From assembly GCA_047285535.1 (NCBI GenBank), contig JBJBDC010000001.1, positions 1,760,136 to 1,824,135 of the forward strand: 64,000 nt of DNA, written 5' to 3'. Of the stretch, positions 25,577 to 35,725 are shown one piece after another; position 1 is the stretch's first letter, and each line of letters begins with the position of its first letter. The position numbers were made by a program, and so were the translations under genes. The DNA comes from Synechococcus sp. GTDB lineage: Bacteria; Cyanobacteriota; Cyanobacteriia; PCC-6307; Cyanobiaceae. The notes below the pieces were generated by a model that saw nothing but the letters and a program-made list of their open reading frames with translations, did no database searches and was not told where the DNA came from.

Positions 25577-25809
25577 TACCACGCAGCAGAGCACTCAGAC
25601 TGAACGCTGCGACCAATCCTGCTCCCACGAGACTGAGATAGATGACGATGCCCATAACAAACAGAGATGGAAGGAACTATTAGATCAGAAAGGCTGCCTA
25701 GATACCGAAGAACGCGCTTAAGCTTGTGCGCATCGACACTTATGGACAAGTCCGGTCTGCATTGATGGTCGGCCGCCATCCTCACAAGCACTGCCACTCC
25801 GATCGAACA

Positions 25810-27384
25810 ATGCGCACTCTCTTTATCTATCCCCAGTTCCCCAAGACCTTCTGGAGTTACGAGAAAATCCTGGAACTGGTCAATCGGAAGGTGTTGCTCC
25901 CGCCGTTAGGCCTGGTCACTGTTGCTGCCCTGCTCCCCCAGGACTGGGAGATGAAGCTGGTGGATCGAAACGTACGTGAACTGACAGAAGCTGAATGGGA
26001 CTGGGCAGAGCTTGTAGTGATTTCAGGAATGATCGTCCAAAAGGACGATATGAAACAGCAGATCAGCGAAGCAAAACGCCGAGGACTGCCTGTGGCGGTC
26101 GGAGGTCCCTACGCCAGTTCCACGCCGGATGCCCCTGAAATTGCTGACGCAGATTTCAAAATATTGGATGAGGGAGAGATCACCCTGCCTTTGTTTGTCG
26201 AAGCCATCCAAAGAGGTGATCGAAGTGGACGATTTAGCGCCGAAGGAGACAAGCCTGATGTGACCTCCACTCCGATTCCCCGCTTTGACCTACTTCAGCT
26301 CGATGCGTATGACTCGATGAGCGTGCAGTTTTCGCGTGGATGTCCTTTCAACTGCGAATTTTGCGACATCATCGTCCTCTACGGACGCAAACCACGCACG
26401 AAAACCCCAGAACAACTGATAGCAGAATTGCAGTCTCTCTACGACCTTGGGTGGAGACGTTCAATCTTTCTGGTGGATGACAATTTCATTGGCAATAAAC
26501 GCAATGCCAAGCTTTTACTTCCGCAGATCCAAGAATGGCAACAAGACCGTGGGTATCCATTCAGCTTTGCAACAGAAGCATCAGTAGATTTAGCTGATGA
26601 CGAGGAAATGATGCGAATGATGCATGAGGCTCGCTTTGAAAGTGTTTTTCTCGGAATTGAAACTCCAGACGAAGCAAGTTTAGAAACCTCCAGAAAAATT
26701 CAAAACACTCGCAATCCTCTTGATGCTGCTGTTGACCGCATTACAGCAAATGGCATTCGAGTCATGGCAGGTTTCATCATTGGTTTCGATGGAGAAAAAG
26801 ACGGGGCTGGCTTACGGATTGTTGATTTCGTCACGCGTACAGGAATTCCTGCAGCCATGATGGGCATGCTGCAAGCCCTACCGAATACCGCTCTTTGGCA
26901 TCGCCTTGAAAAAGAAGGGAGGCTCATTCAAGACGAATCCGCCGCCAAAGGAGTCAACCAGACCAATCTGCTTAACTTCAAACCAACCAGGCCAATTCGC
27001 GACATCGCGAATGAATATGTTGATGCATTTTGCGCCCTCTACGAGCCTAATGCTTACATGGATAGGGTGTACACATATTATTTAAAGATGGGAGCTCCTC
27101 GATGGAAAGCCACCAGCAAATTGCCGACTTGGACTGATATCAAAGCACTCTCGATCGTGATCTGGAGACAAGGATTAAAGCGCAATACTCGTTGGCGCTT
27201 TTGGCGTTACCTCTTTGGGATGGCACGCCAGAATCCCGCAATGCTTGAACAATTCATTGTTGTACTTGCACACAACGAACATTTCATGGAATACCGAGCA
27301 ATCGTGCAACGGGAGATTCGTGAACAACTGGAATCATTACCTCCTGAAGAACCCAGAAACGCACGCACTTTGCAAGCTGTTTAG
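25810..27384 (+). CDS. B12-binding-domain radical SAM protein (DUF4070 C-terminus)
   Basis: PPLGLVTVAA, VAVGGPYAS, SRGCPFNCEFC, FLVDDNF, GFIIGFD. Confidence 0.9.
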   Translation: MRTLFIYPQFPKTFWSYEKILELVNRKVLLPPLGLVTVAALLPQDWEMKLVDRNVRELTEAEWDWAELVVISGMIVQKDDMKQQISEAKRRGLPVAVGGPYASSTPDAPEIADADFKILDEGEITLPLFVEAIQRGDRSGRFSAEGDKPDVTSTPIPRFDLLQLDAYDSMSVQFSRGCPFNCEFCDIIVLYGRKPRTKTPEQLIAELQSLYDLGWRRSIFLVDDNFIGNKRNAKLLLPQIQEWQQDRGYPFSFATEASVDLADDEEMMRMMHEARFESVFLGIETPDEASLETSRKIQNTRNPLDAAVDRITANGIRVMAGFIIGFDGEKDGAGLRIVDFVTRTGIPAAMMGMLQALPNTALWHRLEKEGRLIQDESAAKGVNQTNLLNFKPTRPIRDIANEYVDAFCALYEPNAYMDRVYTYYLKMGAPRWKATSKLPTWTDIKALSIVIWRQGLKRNTRWRFWRYLFGMARQNPAMLEQFIVVLAHNEHFMEYRAIVQREIREQLESLPPEEPRNARTLQAV

Positions 27385-27390
27385 GTTGAT

Positions 27391-27798
27391 TTAATCCTGC
27401 TGATATTGCTTTCCATTGCGAAGGCATTGTTCGGCCTTCTGAAGTTCACGTCCCAAATACAAAGCGTGATCCAAACGACTAACGAGCTGGATCCCATCTC
27501 CTTCTACCAAAGCAATACCCACTTCTTTTGCGGTGCGTCCGCGCAAAACAGCCGAAGGCGTGCGAGAACTACTTTGGCGGCAGGCAATCACTGCCCCTGA
27601 TACCGGATCTCTAGCAAGCCCCTTCTCATCAATGGTGTTGCAGTAATGCTCAACAACCAATTCGGCTGAAGCAACATCTACGCGAATGAGAAAATAACCC
27701 AATGGATCAAGAGCTATGGAACGTTGCGACAACTGATCATCCAGCTGAGCACACTCATTAACTCCGAAAGCGGTGGTGATCTGGTTCAATCTGGCCAA
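27391..27798 (-). CDS. DUF4346-domain protein
   Basis: LDPLGYFLI and HALYLGRELQKAE...YQQD motifs. Confidence 0.8.
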   Translation of the reverse strand: MARLNQITTAFGVNECAQLDDQLSQRSIALDPLGYFLIRVDVASAELVVEHYCNTIDEKGLARDPVSGAVIACRQSSSRTPSAVLRGRTAKEVGIALVEGDGIQLVSRLDHALYLGRELQKAEQCLRNGKQYQQD

Positions 27799-27813
27799 GA
27801 CTCTCTTCTCAAC

Positions 27814-28992
27814 CTACAGAGAAAGGGAAGGAGTCTCAAATCGGAAAGGGAGCTCTGCGTTGATGGCCTCAATCTCCTCAAGCATCAGTGGATTGACCTT
27901 ATCAAGCCAACCACGAATCAATCCATCCATCTGGGGCTCGTACCAACGATGAAGGCTGGTGATGGGACGGGCCACAAAACCACGCCGACGTTTATGACTC
28001 CCTCCAGCTCCAGGGTCAAAACTCAGCAGGCCTTGCTTGAGAGCCCACTCAATCGGAGCGTAATAGCAAACCTCAAAATGAAGACAATCAATCTCTTCAT
28101 TACTACCCCAGTAACGGCCCCACAGCGACACGCCATCATGAACACAGAGCGACATCGCCACTGGCTCATGAGAGTTGCCACGATGAGCACTAAAGAGAAC
28201 AATCCTGTCACGTAAGGAATCAGTAGCCAAGGCATCGAAAAATGATTCCTCGAGGTATTTGCTGCCCCACATCCCCCATCGAGCACAGTGCTGTTCATAG
28301 AAACCATGCATACATTTCATCAAAGAACGATCGAGTGCATCACCGCAGAGAGGCGTAATCTCAAGACCCGCTTGATGGACAGCCTTTCGTTCACGTTTGA
28401 TGTTGCGGCGCTGATTGGCATTGAAACCGCCCAAGTAATCACTGAAATCAGTCGTTCCATTGGATGTCCATAAACTCTGCTGATTGAGCCAAGAAGCACA
28501 GCCTGCAGCTTCTGCCAAGGGGCGCCAGAGAGGATCAACGTAGAGAAAGTTGCAACTAAGAATGCCGTTATTGCGAGCGAAGGTGTCAATCAACTCCAAC
28601 ATCAGCTGAGTGAATTCCGCAGGATCTTCATCCGCGGCTACATGAAAGCGATAGCCCTGAACCGGACTCACAGGGCTCATACCAATCAACTTTGGGTAAT
28701 AACGGAGACCAAGATCGCCAGCGAGGCGGGCGAAGGCCTGATCAAAGACAAACTCCCCGTAGCTGTGACCCTTGAGATAAAGCGGGGCTAGCGCACAAAG
28801 ATGATCTCCCCGCCACAAGGAAAGATGCAAAGGCTGCCACCCTTGATCGGGCGACACACTCCCAGAATCCTCAAGAGCGGCAAGCCACTGCCAACTGTAA
28901 AAGGGAATGACATCGGGACCCACAAGTTGTCCCCACTGCCGCTCGGGGATCTCCCGAATCGAGCGATGCCAACAAGCCTTCAAAGATGCCAT
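27814..28992 (-). CDS. FemAB-like GNAT-family protein (DUF482)
   Basis: APLYLKGHSYGEFVFD, YYPKL, LWGRYWG, LHFEVCYY, FDPGAGGSHK. Confidence 0.88.
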   Translation of the reverse strand: MASLKACWHRSIREIPERQWGQLVGPDVIPFYSWQWLAALEDSGSVSPDQGWQPLHLSLWRGDHLCALAPLYLKGHSYGEFVFDQAFARLAGDLGLRYYPKLIGMSPVSPVQGYRFHVAADEDPAEFTQLMLELIDTFARNNGILSCNFLYVDPLWRPLAEAAGCASWLNQQSLWTSNGTTDFSDYLGGFNANQRRNIKRERKAVHQAGLEITPLCGDALDRSLMKCMHGFYEQHCARWGMWGSKYLEESFFDALATDSLRDRIVLFSAHRGNSHEPVAMSLCVHDGVSLWGRYWGSNEEIDCLHFEVCYYAPIEWALKQGLLSFDPGAGGSHKRRRGFVARPITSLHRWYEPQMDGLIRGWLDKVNPLMLEEIEAINAELPFRFETPSLSL

Positions 28993-29083
28993 AACCGGCG
29001 AAGACAGCGGCGAAGATGCTGACCCTAACCAGCGACAGGCAGCTCGGGCACACTAAGAGGATCTCAACAGTATCCGAGCTGCT

Positions 29084-29527
29084 GTGATCAGATCAATTCC
29101 CCGAGAAAGGCTGAAGCTTCCAGCGCTGTTAGTGCTCAGCTTGATGCTCAGCGGAAGTGTCGCTCAAGCAGGACTGCTGCAGCCATTACTGCAGATGATG
29201 CGTCCAAAACTCGAGAATCAACTGGCTCATTACTGTCAGCGACTCGCAAAAGATGCCCTCCGTGCAGCTGATCTGGGTCTTGAACAATTCAGCAATGTCG
29301 TCCAACAACCTTGCCAGGGGTTAGCCAAGCCAGTCAGCCAATGTCTGATCCGTGAAACCAGCAGCAGTGGCAGGGAACTGGGTGTGCTCAGTGAACTGCT
29401 TTCAGGCCGTATTGGTGACGATGCCAATGTTGTAATCAAACGCTGTCTGGCGTCAATGCTGGGGCTCGGCGAGACTGATCTACAGGATGTCCCCATCTCT
29501 GAACTCTTTCAACGCCTGCGTCTGTAG
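29084..29527 (+). CDS. Hypothetical exported protein with four Cys
   Basis: Signal-peptide-like N-terminus (AQA) and four spaced cysteines. Confidence 0.65.
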   Translation: MIRSIPRERLKLPALLVLSLMLSGSVAQAGLLQPLLQMMRPKLENQLAHYCQRLAKDALRAADLGLEQFSNVVQQPCQGLAKPVSQCLIRETSSSGRELGVLSELLSGRIGDDANVVIKRCLASMLGLGETDLQDVPISELFQRLRL

Positions 29528-30174
29528 TGAACCACCAACTCATTGCCAGCCAAGGGATCAGCAGCTAAGAGCGTCCACGCATCGGGTTGTGCCATCAAAG
29601 CGGGAAGGCTGCAACCATCTGTCGGAATCCAGCTGAATCGACCTCCAAGCAGACATGGGCTGAAGGTCAACTGCAACTCATCGACCTGGTCGGCTTCCAG
29701 TAAAGACCCGCAGAGGCCAGCACCTCCCAGCAGAGCCAGGCGACGAAAACCACATTCAGCGAGCTCGCCCAAGGTGCTCTCCCAGGATGGGTGCAACGTA
29801 TGAATTTCGGAAAAACCATCAACAGTCTCTCCCTGCGTCGTCACAAGATGACGGGCAATGGGCTGGCGAAAAAAAGGCCACTGCTGGCAAAAATCTCGAC
29901 GTCGACTGACCACCAGAGCTGTGGGCTGCAAGGACCTTCCGTCTTGCTTTCGCTGCATCAAAAGCTGTTCGTTATGAATCAAGCAGGTGCATCGATGTGC
30001 CCGCAGTGTTCCGGCACCGATCAGAACGGCATCTGACCAGGCCAAAGCCTGCTCAAGCACATAACGATCACCTGCACCACCTAGCTGGGCGGCACCTCCT
30101 GACGACGGTGCAAGGCGTCCATCCAAGCTGACTGCAAGCACGAGGCGAACCAAAGACCGCTCCACGTTGAGCAA
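29509..30174 (-). CDS. RibD C-terminal/DHFR-like reductase domain protein
   Basis: AVSLDGRLA, DAVLIGAGT, LLGGAGL, VDELQLTFSP. Confidence 0.85.
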   Translation of the reverse strand: MLNVERSLVRLVLAVSLDGRLAPSSGGAAQLGGAGDRYVLEQALAWSDAVLIGAGTLRAHRCTCLIHNEQLLMQRKQDGRSLQPTALVVSRRRDFCQQWPFFRQPIARHLVTTQGETVDGFSEIHTLHPSWESTLGELAECGFRRLALLGGAGLCGSLLEADQVDELQLTFSPCLLGGRFSWIPTDGCSLPALMAQPDAWTLLAADPLAGNELVVHYRRRR

Positions 30175-30177
30175 GCT

Positions 30178-31098
30178 TCAACCATTAACAATCGAATGCA
30201 TCGCTTCAGGCATCGCATTAAGGGCTGGAGTTTCGGCATACACCTCAGCCGCATTATTTGGACTCTCCTGAAGGCGCACTTTGTGCAACTGAGCGCCAAT
30301 GGCGCGAACTGGTGATGTCAGTCGGTCAACAATGTGAAGAGCAATGTTCTCGGCTGTGGGGACACATTCTGAGAAATGCGCCACATCTTTATTCAGGAAG
30401 GTGTGATCAAAAGGCTCAACCACCAAATCGCTCACGAGACGCTGCAGCGCGGCAAGATCACAGACCATGCCTGTCCGCGGATCAATGCTGCCGCGAACAG
30501 TGACATCAACCAAATAATTGTGGCCGTGGCCATGGGGACGGGCACACTTGCCGTAGATCTGCTCATTTTCCTCCTGACTGAGCTCTGGTCTCGCCAGCCG
30601 GTGTGCAGCAGCAAAGTGAGTACGGATGGTGAGATAGGCGTCCATGGATTGTCCGAGATAGTCGGCCCACAGGCCTGAGGATTCATAAAGTCGCAGCGCC
30701 ACAAGCGGGAGCTGATTGGCCAACCGGAGCCAGATGCTCCGAACAAGCGCTTCGGTCGTTGGCAGGCAACCGTCCGAACTGCTGACATCGAATTCTGGCC
30801 AAGCCTCATTGAGGAAGCGAAAATCGAGTTGATCAGTGACCTGAGACCGAATCGCATGCTTCACCTCAGAGAGGTTAAGCACCATGCCATTGGCATCAAG
30901 GCCACCTGCCATCGACACAATCAATTCATAATTGTGCCCATGGCCAGGAGCCATGGAACAGGAACCGAATTGAGCAGCATTGTCGTCTGCATCTAATTCC
31001 GGCAACCAATAACGATGACTAGCACTGAAACAGGCTCGTCTGGTGATGACACAACCACGACCTTGGCCGTGGGGTGCGGTCGTGATGGGATCAGTCAT
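30178..31098 (-). CDS. 6-pyruvoyl/6-carboxy-tetrahydropterin synthase with two tandem domains
   Basis: Two T-fold repeats: FSASHRY...GHGHNY...PTTE...RLYES and FAAAHRL...CARPHGHGHNY...PTAENIA...RLQES. Confidence 0.88.
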   Translation of the reverse strand: MTDPITTAPHGQGRGCVITRRACFSASHRYWLPELDADDNAAQFGSCSMAPGHGHNYELIVSMAGGLDANGMVLNLSEVKHAIRSQVTDQLDFRFLNEAWPEFDVSSSDGCLPTTEALVRSIWLRLANQLPLVALRLYESSGLWADYLGQSMDAYLTIRTHFAAAHRLARPELSQEENEQIYGKCARPHGHGHNYLVDVTVRGSIDPRTGMVCDLAALQRLVSDLVVEPFDHTFLNKDVAHFSECVPTAENIALHIVDRLTSPVRAIGAQLHKVRLQESPNNAAEVYAETPALNAMPEAMHSIVNG

Positions 31099-31150
31099 GA
31101 CGCGGTCTGACCGATACTCATCCTAGTGAGTTCTCACACCTGCCGAACGG

Positions 31151-31765
31151 ATGGCTGATGGCGCAACCTCTACACCACACCCCTTGAAGGCTCGCCTTGG
31201 CGGCCGCAACCTTTACCTGATCGGGATGATGGGAAGTGGCAAAAGCAGCACCGGGCGACCTTTAGCCAAGCGTCTGGGTTATGGCTTCGTCGATGCCGAC
31301 GGTGTCCTCGAAGCGCTGGCCAAGCGCCCCATAGCCAAAGTCTTTGAGGCAGACGGCGAACAGAGATTCCGAGCACTCGAAAGTCAGGTGCTGCAAGCCA
31401 TTGGCGAGCGCCATTCACTCGTTGTAGCCACCGGTGGAGGCGTAATCACACGGCCTGAAAACTGGGGCGTACTCCATCAAGGAATCGTGATCTGGCTTGC
31501 CCCAGAACGAGACCAATTATTGGCGCGTCTCACTCTTGATCCAGGCGCAAGACCACTGCTTCAAGATCGTGATCCGGCTACTGCTCTGGATGCACTCCTC
31601 GAAGCTCGCACACCCCTCTATGCCGAGGCCGATTTGCAGGTAGCAGTTAGAGAAGAAACGGTGAATGAAGTAGCAGAAAGGATTCTGGACAAGATCCCTG
31701 GAATTCTCCAACCGCATGAGTTCAGGAAGCAGGATCCAGGCGGACCGCAAACCATTGCAGATTGA
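31151..31765 (+). CDS. aroK: Shikimate kinase
   Basis: [34 protein letters not shown]. Confidence 0.94.
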   Translation: MADGATSTPHPLKARLGGRNLYLIGMMGSGKSSTGRPLAKRLGYGFVDADGVLEALAKRPIAKVFEADGEQRFRALESQVLQAIGERHSLVVATGGGVITRPENWGVLHQGIVIWLAPERDQLLARLTLDPGARPLLQDRDPATALDALLEARTPLYAEADLQVAVREETVNEVAERILDKIPGILQPHEFRKQDPGGPQTIAD

Positions 31766-31982
31766 AACCCGGAGCCAGTTCGAGATCACAAGCTGTATCC
31801 AACAACCTTGCGGCAGCTGCACCAGGAGTCCCGAAACCTCGCAAATCATTGGGCAGCGCAGACATCGTCGCCAGCTGATCCGTTAGCCATGCCAGGGTGT
31901 CGTCGGAACTGAGCAGTCGCTCTGGCTGGCCTGGCTCAAGAACCACGTAGTGATCACAAGCTCGGATAAGGGGATCAGACAT
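31722..31982 (-). CDS. CRR7-like (chlororespiratory reduction 7) NDH assembly protein
   Basis: MSDPLIR...YVVLEPG...[13 protein letters not shown]...QWFAVRL matches the cyanobacterial CRR7 pattern. Confidence 0.75.
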   Translation of the reverse strand: MSDPLIRACDHYVVLEPGQPERLLSSDDTLAWLTDQLATMSALPNDLRGFGTPGAAAARLLDTACDLELAPGFNLQWFAVRLDPAS

Positions 31983-32775
31983 GACGCGGCCATTGCTGGC
32001 ACTGATCATGGCGGGGCTTCTTCTGTGCGGACCCGTTCCATCAGTCTTAGCGGCAAGCAACCCAAGCACTCAGAAGCTCCTAGAGCGACTGAACGCATGG
32101 CCGGACTGGTCCGATCCTGCTCCTCTGCCGCGACCGAAATCAAACGAGGATTTGATCTATCCACCCTGGTTTTCAGGGCTTTGGAACGTTGAAAGCCTTG
32201 AACTTTTAGCCAACGGAGACGTCGATGAAAGATGGCCTCCCTTGCAACATTTGGCTCGGTTTCAGCTCAATCAGCACAAGGACGTTGTGGGAGATCGACC
32301 CTTTAATGCCAAATCGCTGGGAAAAGCCCTTCTGGGCGAGCAACTCATCAGCGTGGAGCAATCACCGCAACAGTTGAACCGTCAACTCGCCCGACTAAGC
32401 GGAGATCGCCTGCTGGAAACAACCGTGATCGGGCGAGGACAATCAGGGATTGATGCCTCATCATTTCTGAGTGATGAACTCGTTCTGCAGGTCATGCATG
32501 GTGCCAGGGCACCAAGACTGAGCAGAATCGAAACGCTGAGCCGCTACAGCCCCTGCCCCGAGTTACCAGTCTCGAAAACCAGAACCATCAATCGCATCTG
32601 TGTCGAGCAATGGCAACAGCGATATCCAGCTCCCGGGGAGGCCAGCGCATCATTGGTGAAAAGAAGCAGCCGTTACAAACTCACGCTCAGGCGATTGGCT
32701 GATCCTGCTGGAGCACTCGAGTCTCAAGCTGATCGCGCCACTCAAACAATGGCTGGAGTCGAGGATGATCACTGA
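31981..32775 (+). CDS. Conserved hypothetical exported protein
   Basis: Signal peptide; DLIYPPWFSGLW and VGDRPFN motifs seen in cyanobacterial/plastid hypothetical proteins. Confidence 0.7.
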   Translation: MTRPLLALIMAGLLLCGPVPSVLAASNPSTQKLLERLNAWPDWSDPAPLPRPKSNEDLIYPPWFSGLWNVESLELLANGDVDERWPPLQHLARFQLNQHKDVVGDRPFNAKSLGKALLGEQLISVEQSPQQLNRQLARLSGDRLLETTVIGRGQSGIDASSFLSDELVLQVMHGARAPRLSRIETLSRYSPCPELPVSKTRTINRICVEQWQQRYPAPGEASASLVKRSSRYKLTLRRLADPAGALESQADRATQTMAGVEDDH

Positions 32776-33412
32776 GTCCCGCCACGCCTCGACCAGCCAA
32801 TTGGGGCCCCGATGAGGCAGGGAAGCGAAGCAGTGATAACTGAGCCGCCACTGCCAGATCAGCCAGGCTGAGCTGCTCACCAACCAAAAAACTTTCAGGA
32901 GTCAGCGCATCCGCGATGGCGATCAGGTTGTTGAGCATTGCGGAACGTTCCTCCTGCCCAAACAGTTCATTAAGCCCGTGGAGCCAACCCGTGGGCACAC
33001 CGGTCAACACCTGTCGCATCAGGCCGGGCATGTCATCAGGCAGTAAGGCAGCACGTAAATCAGAATCGTCTACCGCTGCCTGAAGCAAAGCCGACCGTAC
33101 AGAAGCTGCCAGGGTTGTGTCCGCCCAGTCTTCAATCAAATGAATCTGGGCGACATGCCGAGGATCCTTTGGGACGAATGAAGGCTCGCACTGAATCTCA
33201 TCCAAATAGGCGCAAATTGCACTGGAATCAGCCACCACCGTGTCACCATCCACCAGTACAGGCACTTGCCTCTGACCCGACAGCCTGAACAAGTCAAATT
33301 GCCCTAGTCCTGGCGTGACCTCCACCTCTCGAAAACTCAAACCTTTTGCATACAACCCCATCCGCACCTTTAGGCAAAAAGCGGAATGGCGGAATTGATG
33401 CAGCTCCAGCAT
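32687..33412 (-). CDS. Glutathione S-transferase family protein
   Basis: HSAFCLKVR, SGQRQVPVLVDG...DSSAI, IEDWAD, LSLADLAVAAQL. Confidence 0.9.
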   Translation of the reverse strand: MLELHQFRHSAFCLKVRMGLYAKGLSFREVEVTPGLGQFDLFRLSGQRQVPVLVDGDTVVADSSAICAYLDEIQCEPSFVPKDPRHVAQIHLIEDWADTTLAASVRSALLQAAVDDSDLRAALLPDDMPGLMRQVLTGVPTGWLHGLNELFGQEERSAMLNNLIAIADALTPESFLVGEQLSLADLAVAAQLSLLRFPASSGPQLAGRGVAGLSDHPRLQPLFEWRDQLETRVLQQDQPIA

Positions 33413-33471
33413 GGCCATCCTTGCCCTAGGACCGGCAGAGTAGCTATCAGATTCACCAGCCTGCCAGGACC

Positions 33472-33678
33472 ATGCGCGAGTTCTTCGTCAATGTGACGCG
33501 TTACCCGCGCTATCTCATTGCCTTCACCCTGGGCGTACTGAACTCCGTTGTGAAGCCCTTAGCTCAGAGGCGCAGCAATCCAGTAACAGCTGTGGCTTTA
33601 GTGGGTGCCTTAATCAGTGGCTTTATCACCCTCAGCCTGGTACTCCGTGCCATGGTGACTACAGCACCACTGAGCTGA
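33472..33678 (+). CDS. DUF751-family small membrane protein
   Basis: [13 protein letters not shown]...LRAM pattern; lies directly upstream of rbfA. Confidence 0.8.
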   Translation: MREFFVNVTRYPRYLIAFTLGVLNSVVKPLAQRRSNPVTAVALVGALISGFITLSLVLRAMVTTAPLS

Positions 33679-33680
33679 AG

Positions 33681-34085
33681 ATGGCCCAGGGACGTCGAGT
33701 TGAACGCATTGCCGCCTTGATCCGCAAGGAAACCAGCGAATTGCTCTTGAATGGAATCCGTGATGAGCGGGTTCACCAGGGGATGGTGAGCATTACCGAG
33801 GTTCAAGTCAGCGGCGACCTCCAACACTGCCGGATCTTTGTCAGTGTTTTCGGGGAGCAAGCTCAACGCGACGCAGTGATGGATGGCCTCCAAGCGGCCA
33901 GCGGATACCTTCGTGGAGAGCTGGGTCGTCGGCTGCAAATGCGTCGAGCCCCGGAAGTTGTTTTCAAACTCGATCTAGGGATTGAAAAGGGCACCTCCGT
34001 GCTTCATTTGCTTGGGGAACTCGAACGCGAACGAGATGCACGAGGAGAAGTGCCGGAGGGAACAGAACTCTCCGACAATCCATGA
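33681..34085 (+). CDS. rbfA: Ribosome-binding factor A
   Basis: [39 protein letters not shown]. Confidence 0.95.
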   Translation: MAQGRRVERIAALIRKETSELLLNGIRDERVHQGMVSITEVQVSGDLQHCRIFVSVFGEQAQRDAVMDGLQAASGYLRGELGRRLQMRRAPEVVFKLDLGIEKGTSVLHLLGELERERDARGEVPEGTELSDNP

Positions 34086-35704
34086 ATGCGAGCGAACTCC
34101 GTGAAGCTGTCGCCCAATTATTGGTGGTACGGGCTAGCGGTCACGCCACGGACAGGCAAAGGCGGTACCCCCGCTGGGAACTGAGCAATCACAGCCTGGA
34201 ACAGCTCTTGGGGATTGGAGTCGGAGGCGTCATTCTGCTCGGTGGAACGGCCACCGAATTGAGAGAGCGCTGCCGCACTCTTCAGGGTTGGGCCAGACGA
34301 TCCCTTTTGTTATGTGCAGACGTAGAAGAGGGGGTTGGGCAGCGCTTTGAGGGAGCAAGCTGGCTTGTGCCACCTATGGCTCTTGGACGCCTTCATCGAA
34401 GGGAACCCAAACGGGCAGTGCAGCTTGCCGAAGCTTACGGTCGTTGTTGTGGCAAGCAGGCAAAGCGCTGCGGACTGAATTGGGTGCTGGCTCCGGTTTG
34501 CGATGTCAACAGCAACCCCAACAACCCGGTGATCAACGTGCGGGCTTGGGGAGAAGATCCACACACCGTAGGGGAGCTGGCAGGAGCCTTTCAGCGTGGA
34601 CTGGCGGCTACAGGCGTCTTGGGCTGCGCCAAGCATTTCCCTGGGCATGGCGACACCGCCACCGACTCCCATCTAGAACTTCCACTGCTGCAACACAGTC
34701 GCGAACGCCTAGAAAGCCTTGAACTTCAACCGTTTCGCACCCTGATCCAGGAGGGAATCAGCAGTGTGATGACTGCCCATCTGCTGATCCCAGCTTTGGA
34801 TGAACGCTGGCCCGCAACCCTCTCACGAGAAGTGCTGACCTCTCTTCTTCGCCTTGATTTGGGCTTCAAAGGCCTTGTCGTCACCGATGCCCTGGTGATG
34901 GAGGCAATTTCGGCGCGCCACGGTGCTGGCGAGGCAGCGGTACTGGCTTTCGCTGCAGGTGCTGACTTAATCCTGATGCCAGACGATGCATTGGCAGCCA
35001 TTGATGCTCTCTGCGATGCGCTTCGTTCTGGTCGAATACCGATGTCGCAACTTCACGACTCCTTGAATCGTCGACAGGCTGCTTTGCAATCCATCGCGAT
35101 GGAAATCGATTCAACCGAGGACGACCACAGAATCGAAACAACGGATGAAAGAGCTCTCACTTTGGAACTCGTTCAACAGTCGTTAGAGATCTTCAGCTCT
35201 GAATCCAACACCAGACCATCCGAAGTCATCAAGGGCATCAATCTGATCCGCGTGGATGGTGTGCTTCCCTGCCCGGTGCTTCCAGCAAATGCACCTGCAC
35301 TCTGTCTTCCCAAGGTGCTCGGGTTCCAACCCGTGCTGTGTCATCCCCTGGGAATTTCGCCCTGGGAAAACCCTCCAAATCCTCTTGGCCCCTTAGCTCT
35401 CAATCGTCTCGGGGAGGGGCCGGTATTGCTGCAATTATTTATACGTGGCAATCCATTTCAAGCCAACCGCAGCGTTCAGGAACCCTGGACAGAAGCCGTG
35501 CAACAACTGCTTGCCTTGGATCGTCTCTTTGGTTTGGTGGTATACGGAAGCCCGTACGTGTGGGAGGCACTCCGCCAAGTGCTTCCACAATCAATTCCAG
35601 CCGCCTATAGCCCAGGACAAATGCCTGATGCCCAGCAACAATTGCTCGAAGGATTGCTACACCCAGCGCCTTCTCCAATGGGGATCAACCCATTCACTGA
35701 CTGA
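34082..35704 (+). CDS. Glycoside hydrolase family 3 (beta-N-acetylhexosaminidase-like)
   Basis: [20 protein letters not shown] (NagZ-type motif), [14 protein letters not shown]. Confidence 0.9.
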   Translation: MNASELREAVAQLLVVRASGHATDRQRRYPRWELSNHSLEQLLGIGVGGVILLGGTATELRERCRTLQGWARRSLLLCADVEEGVGQRFEGASWLVPPMALGRLHRREPKRAVQLAEAYGRCCGKQAKRCGLNWVLAPVCDVNSNPNNPVINVRAWGEDPHTVGELAGAFQRGLAATGVLGCAKHFPGHGDTATDSHLELPLLQHSRERLESLELQPFRTLIQEGISSVMTAHLLIPALDERWPATLSREVLTSLLRLDLGFKGLVVTDALVMEAISARHGAGEAAVLAFAAGADLILMPDDALAAIDALCDALRSGRIPMSQLHDSLNRRQAALQSIAMEIDSTEDDHRIETTDERALTLELVQQSLEIFSSESNTRPSEVIKGINLIRVDGVLPCPVLPANAPALCLPKVLGFQPVLCHPLGISPWENPPNPLGPLALNRLGEGPVLLQLFIRGNPFQANRSVQEPWTEAVQQLLALDRLFGLVVYGSPYVWEALRQVLPQSIPAAYSPGQMPDAQQQLLEGLLHPAPSPMGINPFTD

Positions 35705-35725
35705 ACGGGCCTAGCCTCTGCCGCA

